60,694 nt of DNA, filler included, from Circinaria calcarea (GCA_051942165.1; 5 parts of 5 records of this genome joined end to end with filler, not necessarily neighbours in it), one strand, 5' to 3'; shown: positions 28,963 through 42,900, counted from the first letter of the whole stretch. Numbers and translations are program-made. The notes: generated from the letters alone by a model not told the origin.

Positions 28963-31900
28963 TCAACTAGCACCAGTCTTCTCCTTTGTCGCATGTGGCC
29001 ACACGAGGTTGAAGACGTCAAACTTCTCCTTACCACCATCCTTACCGGAGAATCTCGAAGGCAGGGGCTCGAATATCCCCGACTTCACAGAGTTTGATTC
29101 TCGCGGTTCGAGATATAACGACCGGCGATAATAAACTTGATAGGCTGACGGATCAGTAGATCGTACACGCACAAGCTGATCTTGCATCCAGGTTTGCAGT
29201 TCTGGAACCTCCGTAAGCCGGTATGGAATCTGAAAACGCTGTAGTTCGCTGATGATCCTAGCAGTTTTCATGTGCTTGTCGAAGTTGATGACCGATACAC
29301 TCTCCTCACCGCCTTCACCCACAAGCTGGCGTGTATTATGGTTTCCATTATCAACAAACGTCAAATCAGTCAAGTACATGCCTACAAAAGGCAGACAAGG
29401 TGGGACATGATTCTGTAATCGCTGTCGAAGAATTGCATAATTGCGAGAAACCTCGACAATGCATTTAAGGTTTTCTAGAGTAGACTTCGTCTTGACGGAG
29501 ACCATATCCCATGTACGTTTGAGGCGTGTGATGGTTGTAGAATTCAGAGAACAGATTATGGCCATGAGGGAGTCGTAATTGTTCAGCTCGAGGCATTTGT
29601 TGGCAACCTTGACCCAGTGCTTGATAAGCTTTGCGCGCTTGCCAGTATCTTCCATCTGAAGGATACAGTCGACAACGAGGTTTGCGAGATCGGTCGAGAT
29701 TGTCGACATCGCCCGTACATTCACGGCCATAGAAGCAGACTTTTTCGTCCACTCCGAGGCAAGTAGCTCTTCCGGAAGTATGGAGCAGAAAATACGCGAC
29801 TCTTTGATAGTCAGTTGGCGAGCGAGTTCAAGCGGATCGAAGTCCAGAAAGCTAACAGCAGCGCCGGTCTTCTTCCAATTCCTCAATACCGTGAGCTGAC
29901 TCTTGGAGATAACTGACGGTGGCAGTGGCGCATCAGGAGCTACATATTGAGAGAGAGATGTATTTGTCTTTCCCATCGATGAGACAAGTCTCGGTACCAA
30001 AGGGCCAGAGGCGTTTGAGACCTTTTCCGCGAGCTCTGCCAGGCGTCTGCCAGCCGTAGGAAGCGCTGCTGATAGCCGGTGTTCTGTAAATGGTAGGATA
30101 AGTTGTAAGGCCAGTGCGTCGCATTCACTTCGCCAGTGTGATTCCAGCCATCCTTTGAACACGTTGTAAACCCTCAAACGGACTGGACCCGCGATATGAG
30201 GACTGCCGTCAACGTATTCGAATCTATCGATCAAGGCCTGAGCGAAGTCACTGGGTGTTGCAAAGAGACGAAAGGTCAAGTAAAAGGTTGAGACGAATAG
30301 GGCGTCAGGCGTCGAGTCATAGGTGGTAAGACGTTCGATTAGAGCAGGCAAGGTACCTCCCGTGATTTGACCATCTTTGTTATGCACAAGTTCATGGGCA
30401 AAGGTTTTCTCCAGGACTGTTGCCTCGTTAGTTTCACATTCCTCCAGCGTTGACTGACTGCTCCGGATACTGTGGGGCACTGATGAGTTTCCGTATGGTT
30501 GTAAGCAGAGCATATCTGGTGACGTTGCTCGGGTAGAGGTTGGAGACACAATGCTTCTGTCCGAGTCCCGCTTACTTCCAATGTAGGTGCTCGAGACCCC
30601 AATGCTGTCCACCCTCGAGGCTTCAAAGTCTTCATTGGCAGAGCCGCTGCCATTGCTGAAGGACGTTTGAGATGATGGACTTTTTCCGGTGTGCGACATC
30701 ACAGACGACACCAGAGGACTTATCGAATGCGGTGAAGTAGGCAGCATTGAATGAACCAAAGGCTTAGACCTCGCCGACACAGGACACTCGGCAAAATCCT
30801 TTGGTACATGAGAGGTGGGTGAGATATCCAAGTCAGTCAAGTCGGTCGGAAGAGAACCTTGCGAGCTACCCAAAGGTGGTAAAACAGACTTGTCGGATCG
30901 CTCAGGTTGGACAGATAATGCTGTGGTGGTATGGTTAAATTCTTTGACTTCTGATCCATCACCAGAAGGCTCCATTAGAAATCCGAAGTCTCCATCAGCA
31001 AATGGGGAGATGCCCAAGCCGGTGGTCTCGAATTCAAAGTCTCCAATCTTTTCAACGACGAAGCGCGTCTTTGCGACACAATCTCCCGCACTTCGTACAC
31101 ATGCTGTAACAGTCTCCTCGAGACACGTCGTGTCCAGAGCGTCCTTTGCGTCGGCCTGTGTGAACTGCAAGGCACCTCGTGCAGCCTGTAAAAGGTCCGT
31201 AAGACTTCCATACATAGTCCGGCAGGATTGTTCAAGCAGTTCCGATCTGCGCAGATCCCATTTCCATACTGCTTCGATAATTGAGAGCAGGATGCGACAT
31301 GAATCGACAGCTTGCTGAACACTGTGTAGCAGATCGTTCGATGAGCGGGACTGCAGGTGAGGTCCAACAAAGTTACTCAAAAGCGCAAGGAAATTCTCAT
31401 GGGCTTCGCTAAGCCTTTCCGACACAAGACACCCAGGAGGCACTGTACGAGATTGCGCAGAAGTGGAGATGCGGTGGGCGATTGATTGTCGGTGTATTTT
31501 CGATGAGGCTATTTGAACACATGGCAGTTCGGACGGTATAGATCCGGGTCGGACGTGTGATTGCGACGAGCGGCTATGGCAGGGTCGAGAGTTTGCTTCG
31601 TCTCGACTTCCCACGGGATGCACCTTGTTTGATGACGGATCCAGACACGTCGCGGTCGCATCATTTTCGGCATCTACAGGGACATTGAGGCTTGCCGTTT
31701 CCCCAGGATTCGCTTGATCTGCACTGGTTGCCGGTAGCGCCGTCGCTGCATTTCGGCAGTCGTCAAGGGCCGCTATCGAGGCCTCGATGCTTTCTTCCAG
31801 GCCAAAACTCTCATTCCAAATGTCGACGAACCGAACGGCTCGTATTACCATCCTGAAGGCCTTTGATACCATATCATCCACCATTCCATCTACCAACTCG

Positions 31901-32670
31901 TACGACGGATTCTCATCCATGGAAGCCTGCAACTGTCTGGAGACTTTGACAATGGCTGAAAGGTCTGAGAGCAGTCCTTTTCGGTTTTGTCGTAAGCTGC
32001 TATGTAATTGGATTATCGCTGAATCCCTTGTCAGGCAGCTGGCCTTCTCCTACATGGTGCGTGAGTCAGGTGCACTTCTTCGCGGCGCATAGCGCGTATC
32101 AGATTTGGCAATTCAACTTACTAGGAGGCATCGCACACCGGCAACGAGGCCTCGCAGAAAATCCTGATTACCAAAGATCGCCAGGTTGCCTTTACTGCCC
32201 CCTTTGACCATGTCCCAGAACTTGGTCAGTGCCTTCATCAGCACATGTATCGCTTCTTCGTCATAGACCTCGCAGTAGTTTGTAGGCAACCAGCCACGTG
32301 CGCCCGAAGACAGCAAGGTTCCGTCAGCCCATCCATTGGTATGTACAGAGTGCACGAGCACGATATCGCCTCGCTCGAGTGGCAGCGTCACTGTCGAAGT
32401 TGTCTCGTCGCAGGTTGGGTGAAATGGGTAGAAAGCTCGGAGGTAGCTCGGGAATAAGTCCTGTTGAAAATGCGACTGACGTTTATGGGGTGTTTTGGTA
32501 TGACTAGGACTCCGCGATTTCATCCGCGTCCGATTCTGTGAACGCCTGTCCATGCTAACTGAGGAAGATGAACGCCGAGAGCGATTTGAAGTATTGCTCT
32601 TTCTTCGCGGCCTCCCTTTGCTGACCTGCAGAGGGGCCACATAGATACTCGAGTGCGTGGAGCTTGCCAT
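28963..32670 (-). CDS. SH3-containing Ras guanine nucleotide exchange factor (Cdc25/Bud5-type; SH3-REM-RasGEF)
   Basis: SH3 YLRAFYPFHP...GWADGTLL...RGWLPTNYC, REM GGTLPALIERLT...FYLTFRLF, and the RasGEF domain DPLELARQLT...LNNYDSLMAI...PPCLPFVGMYLTDLTFVDNGN...INFDK. One coding intron at about 32048-32119. Confidence 0.92.
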
Positions 32671-35600
32671 GCTGCTCAAACTGACATTGGACTTTTCTCG
32701 CGCCTGTTTCCTCGAAGAATCTCGTGCTGCAGGACCAATGCTAGGCTTGGCGGACAACCGATAGCCAACTGCCAAAACCAGACGTCACCGTGGTGTTCAG
32801 ATGGCCGTACGTGATACAGGCCTGCGTGAATTGAATCGAGAATCAGGAGCTGGATGATTCCAAAGTGACGCAGCTGTCTTCTCACTGCGCTAAACTCGGT
32901 GGGTTTTAGGGCTTGATCAAGGTGACTGCATATCTCATTAGTAGGCAGTTTTTGGTGGCCGTGCTTGTTTTGGGTGTGGGGTAGAAAGGAATGTGGAATA
33001 TGGGGGAGGGTGGGCGGATGTTTATGGATGGCTGCATACCACCGAGGTCATACAACACCAATGATCATCTTTTCCCATTCCAAGCGTGACAATCAAAAAC
33101 GGCGGCGACTTGAGGGCAGCTGATGGCCCTGGACGCTCTTAGGTTTCCGTAAAGTCTTTCCAGGAGTCTGGTTTCAGCTCTCCCGAGATGTTCTTCCAAA
33201 GAGATTCGGAAGTGTAGTGTGGGGAGGGCGGGTCTCGGATCGGGTCCTTGGAGGGACGGCTCAACACTTTTTACTCGTGACTAAACTTCTTTACTCGGAT
33301 CGTATGAAAAGGAGGCGTCTTTGAGATGGGATTCGATGCAAGGTTCCAAATTGTAAGAGTGCTTTGGTAGCAAGGGCTGAAGCAAGGGCAGTTGCCTGCC
33401 GAAGGAGTAAGGAGCACAGGAAGGAGCGTTTGAACTTTCAGAAGTCAACGAGAGACGTTAGATGTAAGAAGTTGTGGTGTAGATTTGGCGGCAGCATGAG
33501 CAATAAAGCATGAGTCCGTTAGATTGACAGCTACGAAGGTTCTCTCCACCATATGCTTTTTACCAAGGCAGGCCGTCAGGGGTCCAACCTCGTGGCAGAA
33601 TGGCAGTCGGGCAGGAAGTTCCTCAGGCACGCTTAGAAGTCAGAAAGATGCTCGACATTCTTTCGGTGACCAACTAAACGAGCCTTGTACTACTCGACAT
33701 AAGCCCACTCTAACTGCCGAACGGAGACTTAACCCACGGAGCCGTCTTTTAGCTGCCGCGGTTCCAATCCGGGCCTTCTTGTCCTACAGCCCCCGGCCTT
33801 TCCCAACGGCGCGCCTCATCTTATTTATCCCTCCATTACGGTACTTGTTGCATTAATCAATCTGACCGATCCATCGAATCGAATCCATCAGGTCATGTCT
33901 TGTTCGGGAAGCAGATCTTTAGGACTCGCCATAGGACAACTCTAATCACACGAATGAAGAATATTCCCGAGCCTGAAAGATCCAGGGTTTCCTTCCCAGA
34001 GACCTATGAGAAAGTTTCTCCATCCCAAAGGAGTAACCTCTGGCCTCCAATGGTGAAAAGAATCGCGCGAACCATAAATTCGATCGTCGAACAAGTGGAG
34101 AAGATCATGGGCATTGGTTAGCCGCCCTTATCGTTAGTGCCTGCCTATCGCCTTCCCGGTTTGGACGGATTGACCATGAATGGATGCTTTCAACGAACTC
34201 CATGCCCCAAACCGCAAAAGATGGTTCAGCCATGATCGTTACCCAAAGCAAACTCTGCGCTTGTTGAACTTGCAGAGACGCAACCCGTCGGACCTACATG
34301 ATTTGAACAATGCAGCAACTCTGCTGACTTGTTCCCACTCGACGACACATGCCCTTGCAGCGATTACGTGCGTGGGGTATGCGTGAAGCCAGTGCGGATG
34401 GCTGGGGAAGCGCAATGCAGCACAGGCCGTTTGTGATGGATGATTGCCTGTGCATAATATTGGAGCCAGGGGGGGGTTGCTCACGAAAATGGAATCGAGC
34501 AAGACCGAATCGTCATCCGCCTCGAGTCTCTAATCAGTCTTCCCTCGTGCCCAAAACGGCTTTTGACTTTGGTGCCCATCGTCGGTTCTTTGGCAGCGCC
34601 ATTCAAGAGCAAGAATATACAGAAACCAGCTCAACTGCCAAGTCATCTATCCCGTGCAATCACTATTCTACTGGCATACAGGCGAGTTCGCGAGTCCTGC
34701 CCGGTCTGCAACGAGCTTCCATAGGTGAGCATCAAGCCTGCAGCATCACATTACAGAATCCGTCACTGCGTGTGCCGCCTCGCTTTGGAGAGTCTGCTGG
34801 CTAGTGGAGAGAACAACGTCTTTGAGCCTCCAAAAAAGCCTCAGGATTGCTGGCTATCTGCCAGGTGCTGGCCTGCTACTGCGCATTGCATCAAAAGACG
34901 GCAGCAATCTCGATTTTGTTGCACAGGATCGCGATCTTTTAAAGAACAAATTGGCTATTCGCAATCTGTTCAAATACCTAGTTCTATCGCGTCTCCCAGA
35001 ATCCCCAAGCATAGAGCTCATTGGGTTTGAAAGGTGGATGGAAGATATTTGAGTACTTTATGCGTTGGCAATGTTGTGCTACACTGCTTTCCTTCGACAG
35101 CCCAATGACCAACTGACTGGTTGCTTGCTAGAGAAAAGTCAGGTGGAAATCACGAACCGCGCGATTGGATGTCCCGTGCTTTTGTATGGATTGCCAGCCA
35201 GCCACACAAATCTTTAACAACCCCTTTTTCGGCTTTGTGTCGGGCGCCGAGACCGAGGTCCGAGGGAATACGTTCCGTGGAAGCCAGGTATTTCAGCCAT
35301 CTGTTCGTTTCGAGACTCCCATCTTTCCATCAACTCTTCCCTGGATCAACTTGTAGCTTAGAGTCGGCTTACTCGCTGTACATCCGTATCAGTCGGATGT
35401 TAGTTGCAGGGTTTAGCTTAGCCATGAGCTTTCCACCGTAAGATCCCCAGGGACTAAGGTAGACTTTGGGGAAAGGATTTTCAAGCCACCAACAGCCAAG
35501 TCTCTTTTTCACTCTTTTCTTGAGGGCTAAAGCTGGAACGGGAATGGGAGAATGGGAGCCTTCTGATGTCTGTCCCTTGCGAAAGGAGTTCGTATTAAGT

Positions 35601-36103
35601 AAATGTGTGTGTGACTATAGCAACGGTCCACCACCTACAAGTACCAAATTTCATAGCATAAACAAGACTATCAATAGATACTTTCATGATAGATAATTTT
35701 GTAACTTACTCTCCATCATAAATAGCAGTCATCTCCTCTCCGACTAATGATTTTGTACGAATTTTTTTAAAATCGGGAATTCGATTAATTTGGTGCGGGT
35801 GGAACCAAAACAACCCCCCCCCCTTCCTGCCATAGTTCACACACTTACGGAGTTATACGAAAACTCTTTTCGTACGGAGTACTGTATGTTGGAAGTAACC
35901 TTTTTCCGTTGGAGAAGAGAAATTTAAACCTAGACCCTGTAATACCGGTAATAAATCCGATAAGTAGCGTGACGGAGTTTTTCAAAAAGGAAAGAGCCAA
36001 CCAGTTGTTGTAAATACCTACTGTATAGTATGGTAATTCCGGGAATCCCGAATACGATCATCCCAAAAAGACTAGAAGGAAAAAAAAGGGCCTCTCCCTA
36101 GTT

Positions 36104-36386
36104 TCGGTTCTCGGTTCTCGGTTCTCGGTTCTGGATTCTAGTGAGAAAAAAATCCCGAAAAAAATCCTTTCTCAAGGATTTTGTGTGGATTGGGGGAAAA
36201 AAAAAGGAAAGGGGTAAGAAATTCCCCCACCCATGTACCATGTACCATGTTTGCCCCGCGGTTCGGGAGTTCCGGCCGGATGGAGATTAGGTATGGTAGG
36301 GGATACGGTTTAGTTTCCCCGGTTTCCCACCGTTGTGGATAACCGTGTGGATAACCGTGTGGAGCGTGGGTTACTGTTGTGAATAA
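36104..36386 (+). repeat. Cluster of short tandem repeats: (TCGGTTC)4, (CCATGTA)~3, (TGTGGATAACCG)2+
   Basis: Read directly at 36104-36131, 36231-36250 and 36334-36363. Confidence 0.85.
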
Positions 36387-36408
36387 AAGGGGGCGCGGGG
36401 GTGGGGGC

Positions 36409-36508
36409 NNNNNNNNNNNNNNNNNNNNNNNNNNNNNNNNNNNNNNNNNNNNTTAATTAATTAANNNNNNNNNNNNNNNNNNNNNNNNNNNNNNNNNNNN
36501 NNNNNNNN
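36409..36508. other. Artificial contig-joining spacer
   Basis: N44-TTAATTAATTAA-N44. Confidence 0.98.
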
Positions 36509-36509
36509 A

Positions 36510-36887
36510 CATTCCTACAGCCAAACTCTCCGCGTCGAGCTTGCCCCTTTTGGGGTAAAGGTCATTACAGTCGTTACAGGAGGAGTAAAAAGCAATATTG
36601 CAAGGACGCATAGGAATCTCCCTGAAGATAGTTTGTTTAGGCCGCTAGAGAAGGACTACGAGAGAAGGCAAACACACAGTCAGGAAGTGGGGATGGATAC
36701 GGATGAGTATGCAAGGACGGTGGTAAGCAAAGTGCTTGGTGCGGAAGGATGGCTCTGGCGGACGAGGGTTATCTGGGCGGGGAGCAATGCAGGTAGAGTA
36801 TGGTGGATGACTTCATGTCTTCCCGAAGGACTGTGGGATAAGACGATTTCGTGGATGTTTAATCTGGGCAAGCTGAAGGGAATTTGA
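36510..36887 (+). CDS. Short-chain dehydrogenase/reductase (Ayr1-like), C-terminal part (5' truncated)
   Basis: HSYSQTLRVELAPFGVKVITVVTGGVKSNIART...GMDTDEYARTVVSKVL...IWAGSNA...FNLGKLKGI*. Confidence 0.8.
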   Translation, partial: HSYSQTLRVELAPFGVKVITVVTGGVKSNIARTHRNLPEDSLFRPLEKDYERRQTHSQEVGMDTDEYARTVVSKVLGAEGWLWRTRVIWAGSNAGRVWWMTSCLPEGLWDKTISWMFNLGKLKGI

Positions 36888-36911
36888 CGTCGAGAGGATA
36901 CCCATTCTTAA

Positions 36912-39900
36912 CTAAATGCGAGAACCAAAAACCACCTCTCCTAAAACTTCCGCTTTGAACAAAGGACAATCTTCATGTTCTTTTAAATAATAGGACGTGA
37001 GGATGTAATGTAGATTCTCGTGAGAAAGAAAACGGCAAAAACCAGGATAACCCTGTAACAAGCTCCAAAAATACATCGTATAACTATGTACGGTTTTCGC
37101 CGGGCATCTGCGAGGCCTCTCAGGAATTCTTGCGGAAATACTTGGAACTGCAGTTTTCTGCTGTGGAAACTGCGGATTGCTCTCCAAACGACGCTGAATG
37201 TCGATCAGCTCGAGTATATATACCATCTTCCAGAAGCTCTCTTACCCTCTTTATCCGCCTTAGCCGCGAAAGACAAGTGGGCAGCCTTGTGCTGCCTTAT
37301 CTGAATGCATCGCTTGCGTTGTCCTGCCTTTCAACCATCGGTCGCTCTCAATTGTGCACCGTTAAGGGTGTCCCTTCGGGTCAGTGGGTACAAGATATTT
37401 TTTGCCCCGTCTTGAGCAGGTTTTATGACAGAATGGTACAGCTTTTGTCAAAACAGCTGGAATCAAGAGACTCTGGTGACAGTTCACGCCTGAGATAGCC
37501 AAATTAGCAGCTGCTGATTTGGCGCTGCGCCTGCGCACATCACGACGGGTAAAGAAATCTTCGCTTGCATCTCGCTGGAGAGTGCGATACGTTCCAGAGC
37601 TAGAACTTTCCTCTCTCTAAGAGTTTTGGGCTTTGCCTGGGCCTCTGAGTCCAGTCGGCGAGTCATGGACTTCTAAGGAGCGGTCAGCGAGCACAGAAGG
37701 AGTAAAGGGCGCTCTTATCTGTCGGACCCATAGATCTTCAGGGGAGGGTTGTCACTTCCCTCCGCCGCCTCCTCGTATTCTTTCACTATTTCTTCAAAAC
37801 GGGAGGCCACTTTCGCCATAGTTGGAGAATGTTAACAACCATAAGAAATTAGCCCACTTGGCTGTTTCAACACACTACATGCATGGACGTGATACTCAAA
37901 CGGTTGTTCAGAGTTGATGTTTGTTTTGGTTCCGTATCAATGAAACCTGATGCATTTACTATAAGAAGCTGATTATCCTGCCGAATCAGTATCTGATATA
38001 ATTCCTACAATGTGGCCTATCCCCACTCACCTTTATGATCAACACCTCTTTCTTCCGCGTTTGATATTTCGCGACGTATCTCAGCATCCGTGCGCGAAGC
38101 TTATTACGCCTTTGTTTGGGTCTTTCTCTCTTGTTTTCATACAATCTGATGACCCTTAGCTGGAACGATATTATCGGCTTTTTAAAAAGCGCTTTTTCTT
38201 CATATCGATAACGTCGGCCACGAAACTGGGAGATGCAAATACAGCATTTTAAAACCTAACCTCCTGATAAATTGCCTATACTGAATCGTGCGGGGGATAG
38301 CTTTTTATATACCATTATATTGCGTTGGGGAATATCTTAATAACAATCTTTCGGCTCTATAAGAAGAAAAGTTTTCAAGGATAAATCCGTGCTTCTTGCC
38401 ATCGAATTGTTGGTTTAGTCGATGTATTCGCCTCATGGCCTTTCGCTCGGGTCCGCACACGAAAAGTTTGTCCAAATTTTATCGAAAGCGCGTAGGAGGA
38501 TCTGCAATTATGATCTAATATCCAAATGAATTTGTTTTCGGGACTTCGACCACGATAAGCGTGTTATACGTAAAGGGGCTCTTGAAGTTTAACCTTTTTA
38601 ATATATCTATCTTATATCCCAAGGCGCAAGCGCGGCTAAGAGGTTTATCCTGTTTGTTGCTATAATGCCTATTTTTGAAATGTCCCCGGCAAAGTAGTTA
38701 GATCCTGCATTACTTTGTTCTCAACCAAACGCAAGCTAAAATAGAAGGCCGCACGGTTGACCTAAAACTATCGCAGCGGTAAGCGGAGTTTTATTCTTCC
38801 TTTCCCCATTTATTTTTCTGCCTCTGTAACCAGTAGCCGCCATTTGGGGTGATGAAAATGGAGTTAATAAACTACGTTAGATTTGGAGTAGTATTAGTGA
38901 AACCCTCTTAACTTCGTAATACTTACGTAGCTTTCTCACTAGACAGCGCTCTTCTCTTCTCCCCCGGAACCTGAGATCTCGGGGTTTGAAACTTGGGCTT
39001 GGTGCCAGGTGTTGCATCGTGTATGGACGTAGAGAAAGAGACATTATTTAGCACCGTGTGGACGTCGAGTGAAAGAGATAATTTACAATCTGAAACCAAA
39101 AAAAAAGGTCTAACCTTTCCTAAGGCTATTTTCATTGGGCTTGAAAGCCCCCCCACTCGATGCTCTTTGAGTATTTGGCACCCACCAAATCTTCGTAGAT
39201 AAGCCATAAGAAGTCTAATTGCTTCATGCCCGGTTGGGGTTGAGAAACCGTGGATTTGAATGAAATAGAAGTTAAAGGGGACAATATAAGTACAACTGGG
39301 AAGAGTGTCACAGATACTAACGTTTGCTGCTTATTCTCGGACCTGGATATCTCCGGAGACGCACAAGCTTTTCCTGCCTGGTTTTGCTTTAGGTTTTTAA
39401 CCAATCCTTCATCTTATATCGAAGCCCCCAGCCGGTGTGAGTTACGTCCCGAGTCCATAACGAATGTCTCGTCCTCCTTTCTTCTGATCCGGATTTGCAA
39501 CCAATCCGTGACCGCAAATTCTTGATAGCACGGAATTTAATAGTCTCAGGCAACCGTGCTATCTCATTCGCGGTACTATGCAGGTGATGGGCGATTTGGT
39601 TCGCGTCGGGTTGAGATAGGCTTGGAGCATCGATTGCAGCGTATAGATAAGAGCTTGACCCTTTTTAATGGGGAAAAAAATGAGCTTGAAGGATTCGCTC
39701 TAGAAAACCAAACAACGATCGTGATTCGAAGGGATATAATATCAAGAAGCTGAGAAAGCTATAAGAACTCCGCTTTCCTCATGTAGAAACGCCTCGTCGT
39801 ATTCTTCACCAAAACCCTTTATTCCAGCGGAGTAGCTTGCTATTTGTTAATTCCAATAACCCAGACAAAAGAAAACCCAAGGAGCATGCTCGAAATTAAT

Positions 39901-42900
39901 TAAACGCGGCTATTCTTTAACTTTCTTATTAACAAGCTCCGTTCGAGACATTCCCTTTCGCCAATGTGGATAGTCTTTAGGATTCCCCGGCCAGGGCTTT
40001 TTTGTAACCCCGGTGGTTAAGCTTTCGTCCCCTCGGATAAGTCTTCATTATTAGAATGTAAAGCGATTGCAGTTAACAAGAAAGGGAAGTATATAAAAGG
40101 CGTCATAATAGAAGGCATCTTAGGACGAGCTTTGGGTTTTCTTGAAATTTATGGGCTTTGAGGCCCCGCCTCAGCTAAAAGCCCATCCCATTCCCATAAA
40201 CCTTTTGAAAAATATTCAACCCGAGTAAAAGACGAAAATTTGCGTTCTACCGGAACTCTAGTTCTCGCCAAAGCTTTGGTGCCATGAATATATCCGGTCC
40301 TGCAAATCTCTGTGAAAAGGAGCACCTGAGTGTTTGTATTTAGCCTTATCGGCGCAGATTTAGACCGCGTCCTAAGTTTAGAGCTAATACGGAATTTGGC
40401 GGGAAAAGCAGAGAAGGGAATAAAGCGGACGCGAACAAAGCAGAGAGGCATGACGACAACGGCGTGGTCGGCGTTAAAATATTCAAGGGAATTATATTAG
40501 CTAGCGAAATAGGTTTCAAACCCATAGATATAACAAAACTCGAGTCATTGTTGTTAGGAAGAAGCGAAAAGAAACGAAAACGGGAAAGAGAATGGAACTG
40601 GCTGGAAGAACAGGTGCGGGGAACCCTATTCGTAACACACTGATTATTCTTTAGCTTTTAATCGTTAAAAGATAGTTTTTATTTTCATCCAAAGCATTCT
40701 CAGAAAGGCTGAAAGGATATGAATTATCTCATACTAAAATCTCTCTGAGGCAAGAGGCACACTTTGGGATGTGAAACGGCCAGAGATCCTAAGCGGGTGT
40801 TGTTTCGGGAGTTCTCGCCCTCCTGATATGGGTAACTTCTTTGCTTAGCCTGCGAAGTTAGGTTTGAGGTGGATCTAGGCTATCAGTTGATTTTGACTTT
40901 CTATAGTTAGCTAGGAATATCCACGTCTAGGGCCAACGGTGAAATCATAGGAAAGGAAGGGCGTCCCTTAATTCATCAACGAATGGAACCACGAAGGGAC
41001 TTGCATTCTTTTCATCTGTCTCCACAACCAAGCGATTATGGCAGCCTGATTTTTATATGGAGTCGAATTTCTAACTCTTACCGCAAGCACATCCACGTAG
41101 TCACGAAGGGGAGGCCGGGCATGGCCTGCTTCCTCGTTTACAACAAGCAAGTTAACAGAATCTTAATTGCTCGGAAATAGAAAACGTCCAATGTTATTTA
41201 AGTAGATAGGGGACAGTGAGTCCGGAGCAGCGGAATCCCTCCTCGAGCGAGTTTCTCTTTCCACACTTTCTCTCAGTAAGGTATCGAGGGTGGCCCAAGG
41301 GCCTCTAATTACCTTCTCTAGAGGTGATGATACACGATCTCTGCCATTTCTGGGACGCTCAAAGCTTGGACATGGCCACCCGCGGTAGCAAGTTCTATCT
41401 CCTGATGCTTGCAGGATCTGCTTTCTCGTTCGCATAAAACCTTAGAGGTGGCTGTGGGCTAGCTTCTTCATATGCATCCCGAGTGCGCAACCGTTGCGTA
41501 CACGAATAAGCTTGTGTCTGAGAAATCTTGCAAATATCAGATATCTCTACGGCCTTAACGATGGCCTTATTTAAAGTTAATACGTCCATGATATATAATC
41601 TCGTGCACGCTGCAACTCAACCCGTACTGCAGTCGCAGACTCTCAGTATTCTTAAATAGCTTTTTCCCTATCAAGAACACTATCGGATTTCTCCTAATTA
41701 TATAGGACCGGTTCCCAGGTAGATGCCGCGGGGGTGGACGCGGCGGGGATGGTGGCTAGGCGGATTAGCCGAAAAGGTGACGCCGGGGGACGGCGAGCGA
41801 CTGCGTGCAGAACGTCGAGAAGAAGTCTAAGGCCGGGCAGCACGACGAGGCGGCAACGAAGCGAACGGCCAACCGAACGGCGTCTCATCGTTGTCGTCGT
41901 CGTCGTCGTCGACAAGGATAGGGTTAAAGGCGGTGCCGCGGGCGGGCGTGAGATCCCCGGTGCTCTTTCTCAACCGTAGAGGCCAGAGGGGCGCGCGGTA
42001 TTATATATAGACACGTCGGGGCCGGTGGTCTGCGCCCCCGCGAGGCCGCGCTCGAAGGTGTGGAACAAGACCCGTCGCATTTACTCGCGGACCCGTTCGA
42101 CGGTTAAATCCCTATCGCGGACGGATAGGCCCAAGATAACGAACGGATCTAGGCCCCACGAGGTATTCTCCATGGCGGCATATCGCGACCCGTTCGGGGC
42201 CGTCGACGACAACGAAGAAGAAGAGGAAGCAGCAGCTATTATTATCTAGATTAGGACTGCGTGCAGTGTGAGCCAATTAATATGCCACAGGGTAAAATAA
42301 GGGCAGCTTACTAAACTCCTAAGATAAAAAAGACGTGTAGTTGAAACTTGAAAGGAATAAGTGAAGCTATCACTCAGTAAAAGTTATGATGCCGGGCGAA
42401 TCGATGTTGCGTGCAGTGTGATAGTTGAAAGGAACAAGTGAAGCTACCACGTAGTAGAAAGATGTGATAGGACCTTCGATATCTTGAATCTTGATAGATA
42501 CCGGTATTTCACTGAGCAAATACCAGCCAGTGTATGAAATTCCAACTGATGGGATGCGGATAGATCGACCTTCCGAGCACCATCCTCAAGAAGCCATGCA
42601 AACCCGACGGGCTCCCAAAAGCAATCATCGTCCAACCGGCTTTCTGAACCCAGTTGCAATGGTTAGGCTGTCGTGCGTATAGAGAAGAGAGAACCCGACA
42701 AGGTAGATAGTATGATCCACCATTACGACGACTTCCCTGTTTCGCTCGCGTCCATCAGGAGCAGCCCAAGGGCACGTGGGTGATATAATCCCCGTAGGTG
42801 ATAGAAAGCCTGAAGGTTAAGCTCGCGGGCAGTAAGAGGTCACGAGTTGCTATCCGCACGTAAGAATTCCATGAATCAGCTTGATATATATATTCTTATC

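Noticed and set aside
33400..35700. Short ORFs upstream of the RasGEF
   Set aside because: No recognisable motifs or coherent splice structure; probably chance ORFs.
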